The notes under the pieces were generated by a model, which ran no database searches, was not told the DNA's origin, and was given only the letters and a program-made list of their open reading frames with translations. Shown piece after piece: positions 47,163-61,300 of a DNA stretch of 64,000 bases. The position numbers were made by a program, and so were the translations under genes. The first letter of the stretch is position 1. Each line of letters opens with the position of its first letter. The stretch covers positions 29,574,001-29,638,000 of the forward strand of contig CATNEN010000038.1 of assembly GCA_950097015.1 (NCBI GenBank). Reading direction: 5' to 3'. The stretch comes from Macrostomum hystrix (lineage: Eukaryota > Animalia > Platyhelminthes).

Positions 47163-49159
47163 TCTCAAATCGACTTGCTCAACAAATATTTGACGGAGCT
47201 ATACTGTGAAAATAGTTATCTATTAACCTACTTTCAGCGAGTTTTGTTACTATGTTATTGTTTGCAATATTACTACACAGATGGCTCGCACTGTAAGGTC
47301 ACAGAATTCGCATATTGATAGTTGTTGTTTAGATTGGTTTGCTAGGATCCACTGATTCCGCCTCTGCCTTAATACTTTCCACCTCAAAATTTCCTTCCCC
47401 TTTAAGCGCTTTTCCCATAGATTGGAATGCATGAATATAGTACAGTGCCGGCGATGCCTTTCACCCTAAGTCTGCCCTACGTTGGTGTACATGGCTGAAC
47501 ACTGGAAGGGGATGACAGTTTTGAGCTGAGCGCGAGGCAAATTGTGTTTCTAGCTGAGCTCTCTCGCCATATCCCTCCCCAATGCAGGAGCTCCGCGTTG
47601 ACTCACTCTCTGCTCAGGACGGACCAACGACTTCACCCATTTACCTAATTTTGGACCACGGAATTGGCTAATAGTTTCCCAGAAACTCAGACTGCGACAC
47701 TTCACTATACCTTGTTGCTCATTAAACTAAGCGAATTTTGAACTGTACACGCATTTTTGGAACAGGTGCACAGCCTGTGGCGCAGCCACATCTGACACGT
47801 GGCCCTTCTAATCTATGGGTTATATACAGCTGCTCAGTCCATGGACTGTGGGGTGCCGAATTTCTTCCCGCAGGCGGACCCATTTTACAACTGAGTGAAC
47901 TAGCTAATTACTTCGTAAATACCCAGAGCTGCAAGACACAAGGACACAGCATGGTTTTCTTTTGGGCTGAGACTCGAACTAGGGACCACAATTTCGATTC
48001 GAGGCGAGCATGAGACAGTCCTGGCTGATCACAAGTTTGAAGTCGGCTCAGTGCGTTAAGTGACTTTGACTCACTGCCACACAAAGTATAACTTTTGAGT
48101 CAGCCAGTCAGTTGTGGAATGTACTTTTTCACTAACAGACATCGGCCTCCCTGATCAGTGATCAGTGATCGATTCTCAGAGACTGAGTGATAATATTTTT
48201 TTAGTCGCAATTAGTTAATCGATTATCGACCATAATGAATGTTTATGAATGATACGACTGAAAGTTCAATTTTAATGTGTCATCTTTCAAACTCCTTGTT
48301 TGTGCACGTATTACGAGATTATGAGACGACGTGTTTACTGACAAATAAAATAGTGCTTTACAACAATGGACCATGACGCTCAGAATGCTAGGTCTGAAGA
48401 CAAGATTGTCCGTAAGGATGGATTGGGATCTTGGTAAACAGCATCATTGTGGGATAAAAAATTACAGATGCGTGTGTAGTCGAGTTTACAAAATCCATTG
48501 ATATAGGGAACATACTCGTACGTTAGACACATCAAATCTGACATAGAGACATTTAACTCTTGGTCTGAAAAAATACGGTAACGCTAAATTACACTTGATA
48601 ACTTTTTAGCATCTCTGTGATGCAGAGATGAGTAAATGAGGTGGGCGACTCTTGAATCCGCATCCTTTCTGGACGAGATTGGCAAGATATGAAGCAATTC
48701 AACTGTTACGGCCAGTGCATTTGCAAACTTCATTATACAGTCTCCAAGACACACAGAACTTCGTTTCGATTCAAAATACCAGCTGCTCGTAAACTAATAA
48801 CGTTATCACTAAAAACTGCCAGTCAATAGAAAACAATTCGACTAAATTTTAACTGTAGAAAGACAACGGGCGTATTATAAATACTCATATTTCCCATTTT
48901 TGCATCTCCCAATACCATTCAACCGATCGCCATAATAGTCAAAAACCACTGTCTAAAGTTTTCCACTCAATAAGATAAAACAACTTGCAGAATCATAAAA
49001 CATCGGCATTAGGCAGTGGGTATTTCAATTAACCCCGTGTTCTTACGCCAGGGGAAAAATAGAGTGATTTTTCTACTGTTAAGGGCCAGCAGCGAAATTT
49101 GTGTGTGTGTAAATGAGAGCGTTTGAAAAGATGGCTGACAACCCGATGCGCGATAAAGA

Positions 49160-52100
49160 TCAGAGATGCGACATTTCGGCGGACGCTTCATCGTCCGCCT
49201 CCATGCACAAACGAACGTCCTCGTTTGACTCAGCTTCAGTCGCCAGCTCTTTAAGCATCTGCGCAGCCGACTGGATGGTGATGGACGGCCTCGATACTCG
49301 CCCGGCCAGGGAAGGCGGCGGCGACCCGCGTGCAGTCGGCGAGGGTGGCGGAGTAGGAGCCGGTGCTGTCTGCCGTGGCGGTGTCGCTGCGGCTGAGACT
49401 GTGGCCGATACAACCATTGCGGAGGCCTGACTGGATGACAACTTCGCTTTACTACTGTTTGAAGCCAAGTGTCCGTTCGGCTTCAATTTCTCCATGTGCT
49501 TCTGCTGCAGTTTTAGCTTCTTCTGCTCCTTGTGCTGTTCTTTTTGTTGTCTTTGCAGCTCTTTTTTGTCCACCTTGCCAGGGACTTTCAGACGAACTCC
49601 CATGTCCAGATTCAGATACTCGATTCGACTCTGCAGGCCAGAATCTTTGCTGCCGCTGCTCTTGCCCGAGTCTTCTGGTAGAGTCAGCAGCTGCGTCTGC
49701 TGCTTCTGGCCTGCCATCTTGATCTTCAGCCGCTTCAGCAGGGCACTTCGCAGCTGTCTCTCGGTCTCCTCCGCGCTGCCGAATTTGTCGTGCGCGTGCA
49801 CTCCGTCAAAGTCGAAGGAATGCAGGAACTCGGCGATCTGCTCCTCCTCCGGCTGTCCATTGTCGGTGAGGCCGTTGGGGAAGATCGCGTCCTCAGCGCC
49901 GCCCAGCTTCACCGAGGCCTTCAGGTTGGAGTTGAGGATGTCGGAGAGGGGCAGGTCCGCCTTGTCCTTGCCCAGGCTGTTGAGCAGGCAGACTCCGATC
50001 TTGAACCAGCCTGGTTTTAAACAGTCGAATCGGTCATCAGACAACACCAATAACTGCATGCATAACAGACAGCAGATCTGGCACAATGGAATCTATCTGC
50101 CTCATGCTAAACAGTCTCACCCAGGTAAAAGATAAACTCCAGCGAGCCGATGATGGGAATGTACACGAGGATCTGCACCGCGTTCGGAATCTCAGAAGCG
50201 TTTCGGCTCCCACCCGAGTAGAGCGAGCCAGAGGGATTGAGGAAGTCATTCTCGGTCAATTGGGTGGACACTAGAGAGGCCATCAGAAATATGTACACGG
50301 CCGCCACGGCCACCTGTGTGTACACCAGAGGAAGGTTGAACTCGCTGTAAGTCCACACTGTACCCAGGCTTCCACGGAACTTTGAAATCATCTCCACCAT
50401 GAACAGATAGGCTCGCTCATCGGTAATGAGTCCTGTGAAAAAAATGAAAGTTTGCAAAGCAAAGCTACAAAAAATGTTTACTTGGATTAGTATCACGGCG
50501 GTTCTACCACAATTTTACTTTTCACAAAGATGTGCATGGAAAGGATTGTATTTCTCCTCAGAAAAAACTATCAATAGCTCAGAGAAAATCGTGCACTTAC
50601 AGGGTTTTGATGGCCAAATATTAAAGGGCGACCATGTCTAAAAAGCTACTTAAACTCAGAGTTTTCAGCCAGCGTTGTCGGCTTTACTGGGCTTTGGCCA
50701 TAGAGTGGCCCATCTTCGGAATATAGAACCTTTGGGCTAGCCAATAGGAAAATATGAAATAAGCACGGCTTGCAAGTGCAACAACGCCATAGACACCCGT
50801 GCGCTACGCTACGCTACCAAAATGTCTATGGCCAAAGTTAGCAGGACAGATATAGCAAGCCGTGGTAAGACAATCAATTATTTACTGTCGTTCAAATATG
50901 GGTAAAATGGTGTGTACGCGACTAGGCATCTTAGCTTGTTTCTGTTTCGAAGCCTATCATTGCTGGAGCGTTTCTACACATTTTCCTGATATCCAAATTC
51001 AAAATTTCATAACTGCGATTTCTCGTACCAATGTTTCTGGCCCGTCGCAACAGTCGGGTGGCCCACACCAGAGGCAGCCAGTACTCGGGCTCATAGCTCA
51101 GGTCTGAGTCGTTCGACAGCTCGGCTGATCGACCAAACGCGACGCGTTCCTCATCTGTGACCAGAGCGCCAAAGTACTTTTGCACTTTTGTGTCCGCGTT
51201 GATCAGGTCCAGACGTTTCTGCCAGGTGAGTTTGTACTCTCCCTTCCTGGGACGCCAGAAGCCGAAACGCTCCTTAATGTGCAATGAGATTTCTCCCATG
51301 AGCAGAATCCAGGACAGGTTGAGGTAGCGAAGCACGGTGATGCGAATCTTCCTGGCAATGTCCGACTTGTTCGCCTTGCTGGTGTCGACGATGGCTTGGC
51401 TGTAGAACGACGCGGTGTACAACCATGGAATGGCCATACAGGTGCTCCACCACCTGACGATCATATGAGGAGATGGAAGGATTAGAATTATTGATAATAA
51501 TTATCACCATCCTCACCATTTTTATACATGCAGTAGGGCTGTGGGCAATGGCTCATCATTTGGTGACACTAGACCCGCAGCCAGCGAGGAGGCTGTTCTT
51601 CCCATTCCGCACACAGGCACTCAGATACCGTACATCTGCCCTGACTTTCTCATCGTCAGGCAGTATACACTCTCACTGTGCCTTTGAGGTTGGCCCTCAA
51701 GGGCTTAAATTGCGCGACAAGCCCCCAAGCCTTCTCTCCGCGGCTGCGCCCCCTTCGAGTGTCGCCACGCTATAAAATCGAGCTCAAGACAATGACCAAA
51801 TGACGAAATGATGGTATCGGATTAGATAGTATTTTTTCTGCCATTTTTAGGTAGATAGACAACCAAGCAGTTCACCCAGTCTCACAGCCGCAACTATTGC
51901 CTTCAGTATACAAAAGCTGCATGCAGCTTTCAGGTCAAAGGATTTGTAGTGCCGTCCACCTATCCCAGATTTCTTTCAACCTTACTGATCTAACCGAACC
52001 TAACCTTACTCATTTTCACAGCCGGATCAACTGAGGCAGTGACATATTCTTTCAAAGTCTCGGTTCGGAGTCTGAATCGCTCTTATGCAGCCCAATCCAA

Positions 52101-53084
52101 GTAAAGCCCGAGCTGCTAAAAGCAAAGCTCCCCTTGTTGTGAAACACTTGCATTAAAAATTTTCTGTCGAAAGCAAATAAAAAACAACTTGCTGCTAGGC
52201 TGCTGCATGCATAATTTATTAATTTATAAGTTTTTACCTTCGTAATGTTAGAAACATAATGACTAGGAGATTAAGCTCTAGGGGTGTGAAGGAAGTTGAA
52301 GGGTGAACTATTTTGCTTTTAATACTGAGAAAAATGTTGAATTAACCTTACTTGTTCTGTCTGATCGTTTTTTTAATGATTGTTTTAGTTGGTGTCACAT
52401 TTCTGTCTTCTCCTCTGATCTCTTTTACGTTATTTCGGAGTAAAATAAATAGTTTTTAAATTGCTTGATTAGAAGTATCTTCTTTGAAATTTGACGACAA
52501 TAATTACGCACCTTAGAGGATTTTAAAACAGGTAAATAAATAAATGAAAATGACACGGCTTTTCGCAAGACACTAAACTTCTTATTGCTTCAGTTCACCA
52601 AGGGTACCAGAATTTGATGGGGGAAATTGAGAGTGGGTGTGGCGTCCCCTCAGTCCATGGACTTCAGATGTGCCTGTGTTTTTGGCTTCACATGTGGCAC
52701 GATTTGGGCAAGTGTACTTTTGTACCATAATCGAGCACTGTTTTAAGCATAATTTCATTAATAAAAACTAAAAAACTAAACTCAATTAGCATGTGGTTCT
52801 CACCTGCTAATGACGGTGCTGACGAAGAAGCCCAGCATGAAGGACAGCGGCACGGAGGTTCTGATCTGGCCAATCCACTTCACCGTCACCTCGAATGTCT
52901 GCTTCATGTCCTGATAGTCGAACAGGATGTTCTGGTAGATTGCGGCCAGGATCATGTAGATGGCCACGAACACCAGGAAGTCCACCCAGAGCAACTGCCA
53001 GACGCTGCCAGACCATCGGAAGAGCAGCTTGATGAAGAACAGGCGCTCCTGGGTGTAGATGTTGGACGTGTAGCTCACGGCCAT
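49160..53084 (-). CDS. Bestrophin-family chloride channel, copy 2; exons 53084-52804, 51453-51029, 50432-50121, 50010-49160
   Basis: Exons nearly identical to copy 1 up to EYLNL, with a distinct C-terminal tail. Confidence 0.92.
51525..51790 (-). mobile_element. SINE family A copy (5'-truncated)
   Basis: CTGCCCTGACTTTCTCATCGTCAGGCAG and GGTTGGCCCTCAAGGG body. Confidence 0.78.
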
Positions 53085-54171
53085 TATTTCCTGTAATTGC
53101 AAAGAAGACAAGCAGAACTGTGCGACTTGCCTCTGGGTGCCTCAGAACTCAACTTTTTAACGTGTTGCTCCAGTTTAGTTGCCCTGCTTTCGCTATTCGA
53201 TGTGACAATTAAGGTAATCTCGACTGGCTGACTCAGCCAACCAGTTTTTAACAGCGCACGCGATCTATACCGTCCTCTCCTCCTTCGCTGTTTTTGTGCA
53301 GTCGGGGCGCCTTCGTTTGAATTGAATAAAGTACAGTTGAGAACGCAATGATGGGTTTCACAAGTCCTTTCTCAGTCAGAGCAGCACTGACGGTAAGTCG
53401 TCTGTACAGTTCGGGTGTGGGTCTGTCGCTTTGTTGACTGCGTGCAGGGAGTGGGGTAGCTGCCTGGGTAGCCTCCAGCGCTACACTCAAGCGCTCAAAC
53501 AATGCGCCACTGACCCACAAATCGCTTGACCTAAAATTCGGTGCGTACACCGCGGCTGAACTCAAGACTTGGACAATCGACCAAACTCCATTCCAACAGG
53601 TCTCAAGCCTCATAGGACACGTTGAACAGCCTTCTAGTTGAGCGTTGTGTCAGCTCTCTTCTCCTTAGTATGAATGACACACAATCTGACAACTTGGTAT
53701 TGGAAAGCTTGCTTTTCTCGGAAGAGCGACATAAATATAAACAATAATAATGGAAATTTCCACTTGGAAATGCTGAAAACACTGCTGAAAACACTGTGTT
53801 GTATAAAAATTTGTTTTTTTTCCAACCCGTATTTATAGGTTCAGCGTTACCAAAGGACGTTTCATAGACAAGTGTTTTGACGCACTTACTTCATGGTATT
53901 CGGTGCCATGTTAGTTATTGTTAGTTGGACTTAACAGATCATTAAGGAGTTCATTTTATTTTACGTGGTCTGATGCTGAAAAAGTTAGGACCGATGTTCA
54001 CACCTCTCTGAATTCGGTCTTGTGATATTTTGGTATTGTGATATTTTGGTATTGTGATATTTCAGACCAGTGATTGTTAAATCTCGTGATATTTGAGTCC
54101 TGATGTAGTTGTGATGTAGTTCGGTCTTGTGATATTTCAGCATTGTGATATAATGGTATTTTGATTTTCGA

Positions 54172-54560
54172 ACGCCGAGTCGTAGACGCTGACGGCTACG
54201 CTGGAGCGGCAGCTGGACTTGGCGCACTCGGGGCTGCTCCGTGCGGCCTTTCAAGCTGACGAGAGCGTCGGGACCGAGGCTCTGTACGAGAGAGCCCAGC
54301 TGCAACGCCCGTCCACCATCCTGCGCCAGCGGCGACTTCGACTAGCGGGCCACGTTATTCGGGCCGAGAGCTACTGCCGCCAGCCCGCCCAAGACGTCCT
54401 GCTGCTCACCCTGCAGGGCCCTTTCAGGCGCGGCCAGGCTCGGACCCGCCGCTACGTCGACTGCTTGCTGAGCGACGCCGGGGCGCCCGAAACTGCCACC
54501 GGCGCGGACCATGTTCGCGCGCTGGTTCTGCGGCGCGCCATCTGACGCTGCCTCCCTGAC
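54172..54560 (+). mobile_element. 3' end of an RTE-like non-LTR retrotransposon
   Basis: ILRQRRLRLAGHVIR...RRGQARTRRYVD, typical of RTE-clade ORF C-termini; GC-rich island. Confidence 0.75.
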
Positions 54561-55395
54561 TTTTGGAGCTAGCGTCTCTTGTTATTTTTGTTGTTGTTGA
54601 TTTTCGTTTCTTGTGGTATTTCGGTGATAATCTTGTGAAATTTCGGTCTTTAGAATCTGCCTCGCGCAGAATTTGCATCCTCACTGGCTGACGGATTTTT
54701 TGCTTCGTTAGCTAATGAAAAAAAACGATTACACGACGAAAAAACATGAAGCTGTGATTTTTCTGGCCAGTTGTTCCATATGCCAGTATAATTAGAATGA
54801 CCTATATGGTCATTGTCAAAAAAGGCTGCAAATTGGCAATGTACTGCGAAATTAACTGTTTCATAGAATGAGAGCAGAAAATTATTGAGGAACCCCAATC
54901 GGACAAAATGGCGTCTCGAAGTCGCCCTACCAGTCTAACAAAACAACAGCCAGCTGCAGCCAGCTCATAAATCTGTCTGTTTGCGCTATTTGGCTGTCTC
55001 AATTTGCCAGAGCTAAAAGCCAATGCGAATCATCATCACGAATTGGGGGCAACTGGACAAACAGATGGCGGAGGGGAGGGGAGAGATGTGGCGGGCAGGA
55101 TCTTAGTGATAGAATGGCTATTATCAGGGTGGACGCCAGCGAATCACCGAGCACTCAGGGAGTGGGATACTGTGAGAAATTGATGAGGAATCGCGGCCTG
55201 CCGAGATTGGAAAAGAATTTCTTCCCAATCCCAGTCGGTCATTGTGTCGCTGGACGCTAAAACCGGTCTTGGTGGTATAATCCATGGCTTGGCGAAAGAT
55301 TGAAAACTAGCTCGAATACTGCCATAAATTGACATTCTCAAAGAGCGATATATTTGAGAAGTTTGAGAAATTAGCAAAACACTAAACCATCAGGG

Positions 55396-58300
55396 ATGCG
55401 TTGGTTCACAATATTCCGCGCTGTCCTAGTCAGGGTGCTGTTCGCTGCTCACGGCATTACCACAATTGCCTACCTGTGCGACAAGTCAAAGAAGAACGAA
55501 TACTGGTACCTGACTGCTTCTCTTGTTGGCCTAATCCTTGAGTCAATTGTCACCTTTGGAGCTAATAGCGGTCGCGAATGGAAATGGTGAGTAGCAACTT
55601 TGGGATTAATCTACCATAAGGACTCGATGTTTGGTTCAGTCTAAAATAAATTGAAATCTTCACAGGAATTTACCGGTCGACGTTAGACCATTTTAAAAAA
55701 TCCACTTGTTTGCTATGCATACAAGACCAAAAAACAACTTCCGCATTAGTTTGAACTGATAGAAAATACTTTCGGGCCAACCCTTAGGGGCACGTCTGTG
55801 CCCAGGAGTCAGCGAAATGATGGCCAGAATTGCCTCTCGCTGGCTGCTGGTCTAAGGTCATTAAAATGATGTACCTGTGCTCACAGCTCCCAATTTATAA
55901 TCATAAAAAATAATAAATGATTACACCTGCCCCCTTTGGGGTCCGATGTGCAGCCGACAGCATAGCCGCAGCTATTGCGCGGTGCATCAGAAGGCTGCGT
56001 ACAGCTGTTCAGTCCATGGACTGGGGGGACGCCACACCCACCTTCAATTATCTCAGCAATGCAGAGTTAAATGTCTTGCTATAGGACAAATTTTTTTCTA
56101 GTGGAGTCGGGAATCGAACCCCCAACCTTGAAGTCGCTCTAACCACTGGGCTACAACCTCCGTGGCTACAACCTCCTCATATATATATTATTATAAGTGC
56201 ACTTTTTCGACATTGCGAGGGGTTCGTTTTCAAGCGTATACTTGGCGTCCGACGCAAAAAGGGCAATTAATTCGACCGATTGACAGAATTTCCTGTAGAT
56301 TCCACAAAAGTTCAAGCAAAGTAATTGTTAGTCTCCATCTCTTTTTGGTAGCGTCGATTAGCCGAGAAAATCACTAAATAAAAAGCCACTCAAATTGAAT
56401 CCACTAGCTGTGGAACCACTGACCACTGCGGTGTGAGCAGCACAATCCAGATCGTGCTCAGGCAGCCGATACTAATCTATAGACAATTGGTTAATTCCTG
56501 TCCCCAGTGCATGGAAAGGGCTTCCTGCAGATGACAGGACTGGGAGCCAGGTGGGCTGGACAGGATGCTGGCCTGTCTGGAAGTCGCCCCGCCACCGGCA
56601 GTGAAACATTGCTCTAAACGTGACAAACTTCAACTTTCCGCTTCCACTAAGGGCCGTCAATTCAGAATTCGCCCCAATGTCCGACAATACTTGGACAGAT
56701 CAATCAGCAGTGATTGATTTCTATTATGGAATGGTGCCTAGTGAGAATCGTGGGAGCTGAAATGGCTCTTTCAGAACATGCAAGAATTGTAGATAAGTTT
56801 GCTCGTCACTAGATGACCCCGCAATTTGATCGATCCGATCCTATCTGAATCGTTATTTATATTCGATACGAAATCGGTTCTAAATAAAAAAAAATTTGTG
56901 ACGTCGACGAAGTATTTTCTGTATCTACAATTAACTTCTTTTTTAAGCGGACTTCCGGAGAGACCCCAAGAAGCCTTCAAGAAGGCGCATATTTTTGGTT
57001 CAGCACGCGATTACTACCGAGTGGATTCCGGATTTACAAAATGGGTTTCCACTCGACCTATTATCAGTTAATTAGCAATTATTTTCAAACCGATTCACTG
57101 CCACGTGAATTAGTTTTTTCTTCAAGGGCAAAGAAAGATTTGCTTGGCAGTAAGGCAGATTCCATCAAATTTAATTTCCTCCCAGTCTGCGCTTTTATTC
57201 ATCTCCGCCTCGCCAGCGTTACCAAACGCATGAACGGATCTGCCTGACTGCCATTCAGAGTCAAGTCGAGTCTCCGTAGTAACCCGGCCCCTAACTCTAG
57301 CTCTCGCCTAGACTCACTTCTAAAGTCATTCGTCATTTGTGTCAGTGATAAAAGCTCCAAAAGGGGCATGAATAATGGTGGTCGGTTTCCGAGTCTTCCC
57401 TCCCCCCGAGCACATGCAGACTGAAGATATGCGAGACACCAGGAATCCCGCTATTAGTTCCCTTCGATCAAATCTCCATTCGTCACCCAAACCATGGGTC
57501 AGACTGCGGTGGGGTGGCTTACACTGAGATGGTGGCTGCAACAGAAGTCCATCATAGGAGTGTTTGGTTGAGTTAGCTAGCTTTAGTGACTATGGGGCCA
57601 GGGGATTATACACCGTTTTATTAGTATGAAATCAAGTAGTCAAGATACTAAACTTGATGTGCAGCCGATACTGAAGGCTACGTACAGCTGTTCAGTCCAT
57701 GGACTGGGGAGACGCCACACCCACTCTTAATTACCCTAGCTAATGCTGATACCCATTTAATAACTGGGTGAACTGGATTTATGATTCAAGCGTTTCGCTA
57801 AAGACTGATAATTGTTCCAGTGAAGTCGGGAGTCGAACCCCCGACCATCAAGTTGTGAGTCCGTTAAATCACGGTAAATACGACTTACTATGCTGGAAAA
57901 ACACATCAATTCACTAAATTGAAGTACTTTCTAAATAGAAGTGATTTCTTTGAACGGTTAACGATTCAGGTTACTTAATTTATCAATGTTTCCCGGGAAA
58001 CGTTGATTCCTGCATTTATCTGCTGCTCTGTCCCTCCGCAGGTTCTGCCCATCTGCATTCTTCTACCTGTTAATCACTGTGCCCAGCACCTGGTTCCTAG
58101 AAATGGAACTGGTCGAATGGCGCATTCACTGCAAGGTGGCCTTCAATCTTACCGACGATCGACAATGCGAGTGTAAAATCGCTTTTAACACCACCAATGT
58201 GGCTGAGTGCGAACACCTGCGCGCCGGCAATCAGACTGTTCATGTGAGCATGTTCTTCAGCATCAATTGTATTGTAACTGCATGTTGAATATTTATTTTT

Positions 58301-61300
58301 GCATAGTTGGGCGCTTTCATTTGTCTCTCTGTCCGTACTCGCCTTAGTCAATGAAGCTTCCATCAGTGTTAATCAAACCAATCCAGATGAGAAGTCCCTG
58401 TCTGCACTATATATATTCTGTCGAACCTGCGTTAAAAATGACACTTAAGGATTATTTACAATAATTATTGTTTTCCTAAAAATAGAGAGACTACACTATT
58501 TCTCTTGCATCTCCGAAAATATTCAACCAACCGCCATGAAAATCCAGAACACGGGCGACAAAATATTCCGCTCTTTCCCATGAAACAACTTTCATAAATA
58601 ACAAAACATCGGCATCGTCGAGATATTCAACGATTCTCGTCGGGGTGTTGGCAAAATCCACCAATGCACGAATGCTTTTTCTACTCACAAAATTTCATTC
58701 TGTTATCATTTCTGCTATTGTTATTGATTATAAATTGACAGTGCTGACTTCGGACGGCCTTGAAGTTCATCGGAAAGAGCGGAAAGTTTCGATCCAGATG
58801 GTGGACTTTCACGAAAAATCGGTCATTCGGTTTGGGCAGTGGGCAGTGGAGTAGGCAGTGGGTATTTGAAATGCAGCTAATGCAGCTATTGAAAATCGGT
58901 TCCGGAATATTACACTTGCAAGTACACATATTAGGTATTGTACCTGTACCTCCGACCTTTCTAGATAAACTTAAATAGGGAAAACTCACATTTTCAGGGC
59001 CACGGCTGTGCTATGATATCGTGCCTCGTCTACTCGGTATTTTGTCGATGGCATGCGCTTATTAACATGTTATTTATCTCGCATTTGTACATCAGTAATT
59101 TACTGCTGAAATCGCATGTAGCATGTGTTCGAAATCCTCAACCTAAAGCGGGGTTATTAACACCTTCCATGGGACAAAGACTGCATAATTAAACCGCATT
59201 TACACCAAGCGTCTCGGTCTGTGTTTAGAGATGTTACTGTAAAATTTTCATTTGTATTTGAACACAACAGACTATACTAGCTGTACTTGAAACTAATATT
59301 GTAATGCAAATTCGCTCCTGACTTTTTAAAAGTAAAATGTAACTCATTTTCTTCCATGATACAGTCTTTGTTCAGACACCAAATCAGCCACTCATTCAAA
59401 CAACAAATCAGCCACTCATTCAGACACCATACCGTACATGGAGTGTATTAATAAAAACTACATTTTTGTTTCCTCTGTTTGGCGTCTTCCTCTCGTAGTT
59501 TCGAATTTCCTCCACCATTGTTTCCTAAATGAAGCGTACTTCACATCAATTCGTAGGCCAACGCCCTTCAGAACTCTGCCAAATCATTTCAGATGCACAA
59601 GGACGGCAGCTGGGACAGCCACGACTTCGAGCTGACGATCCGCATTCTAGAGCAGCTGCTGCTGCTGTTGCTTATAATGGGTCGTTGGATGCTACCCAAG
59701 GGTAAGCTGACTCACGATCAGCTCTCCCAGCTGCTCCTAGTTTACATTGGCACCGCGGCTGACATTGTGGAGTTCTTCGAGGCCTTCAAAGAGGAGGTAG
59801 TAAAACGAGACAGGATGCTAATCAAGCTCATTCTGACAATTTGGACCTGGTCGCTGCTGCAGTTTGTTTTAGTCATCACAGCCCAGCGTGCCCGCAAGGA
59901 CCAATCGGGCCTTCTTACCGGGGTTAATCAGAGGCGGAAGAAGATCTCGGAGATTGAGGTTCCGGTGCTCAACGAGGCCGAAGAGAGCTACTGCACCTGT
60001 ACGCCCGAAATATTTGGAATCGCGATTTCCATGCTGCTACAGGTGAAAACCGCTTTTTAGTTAACTCTTCGGTTAGATCAGACTTAGGGAGACTTGGGGA
60101 GACTTAGGGAGACTGACAGAAAACACTCCTACCCAGTTAAGCCAGATGTAGCCAATGGCACATTATTTAGTGACAGTAGACCTGCAGCCAGCGAGGAGGC
60201 AATTCTGCCGTTCCGCAGACTCTTAAGCACACAAGCACACAGGTGTGTACAACTGCCCTGGGGGAGGTTTCTCGAAACCAACTTAGGAAAGACCATAGAC
60301 GTAAGTTGCCTAAACCAGACTTAAGGTTTTCTGGAAACGAAACGCAAAATCCCGTCTCTTAGGAACCATCTTATATTTACTAGGTCGTATGTTTGCGAAG
60401 AAAGTCGTTTCTAGATCGCTTCTTAAGTCTATGGCCCATCCTACGGTTGATCCTAAGTCTAAGAGTGGTCGGTACCGCTCGTAAGCTGTCTTTTATTTGC
60501 AAGCAAGGCTTGATATTATTTTTTTCTTCTGATTTGTTTGCATGCGCTTTCTGCTTTCTGTTTTCAAAGTTTAGCCAAATGGCGTCTGCTTCCGTTAAAC
60601 GAGCTCCAAATTTCTCAACTGCTGAAAAGGAGGAACTGTTAGATGGCGTCAACAAGTATTTGAGCGTCATCAATTCGAAAGATCAAAAAGCCGAAATACA
60701 GAAACAAAAAAAATTATGCTGGGACGCCATTGCGGAGCGCGTGAATGCCATCGGAGGGAACAGGCGGACCGGGGACGAATGTAGAAAGAAATGGTGCGAC
60801 CTTAAGTTTGATGTCAAGACGAAATCTATCAGGGTATCTTTGACATGGAAGCCAAGTCACGATTTCAGCCATAGACAGTTCTTTTCGCTTCTGCTCAACT
60901 TACGCACAGCCTAAGTTGCGCAAAAGAAAAGATGGCTTTGGGAAATGTTCTTACGAACACACTTAGAGTCTGCGCAAATTCCGGACTTACGGGGGATCTT
61001 ACCATAGATCTTATGACACTTTCGGGAAACCACCCCCTGACTTTCTCATCGTCAGGCAGTGTACACTATTGTTATGTTAGAAGACAAGGCGAGTGTGCGC
61101 GAGCTACGAAACGCTTAAAGCCAGCGATGGGCAGACAGCCGATATATGTATATTATTGTTTAGCCAAGTGCAGTGAGCAATGTACATTGTACGCGTCAAT
61201 GGGGGACTGGGGCGAAGGTGCACTGAGAGAGAAAGAGACAGACTGCACGTCGGCTAGCCAGCATCGATCATTACACAACACCTCTCACTGTGCCTGGAGG

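Noticed and set aside
53248-53613. 121-aa minus-strand ORF upstream of bestrophin-2
   Set aside because: No ATG start or recognisable domain; at best a decayed retroelement piece.
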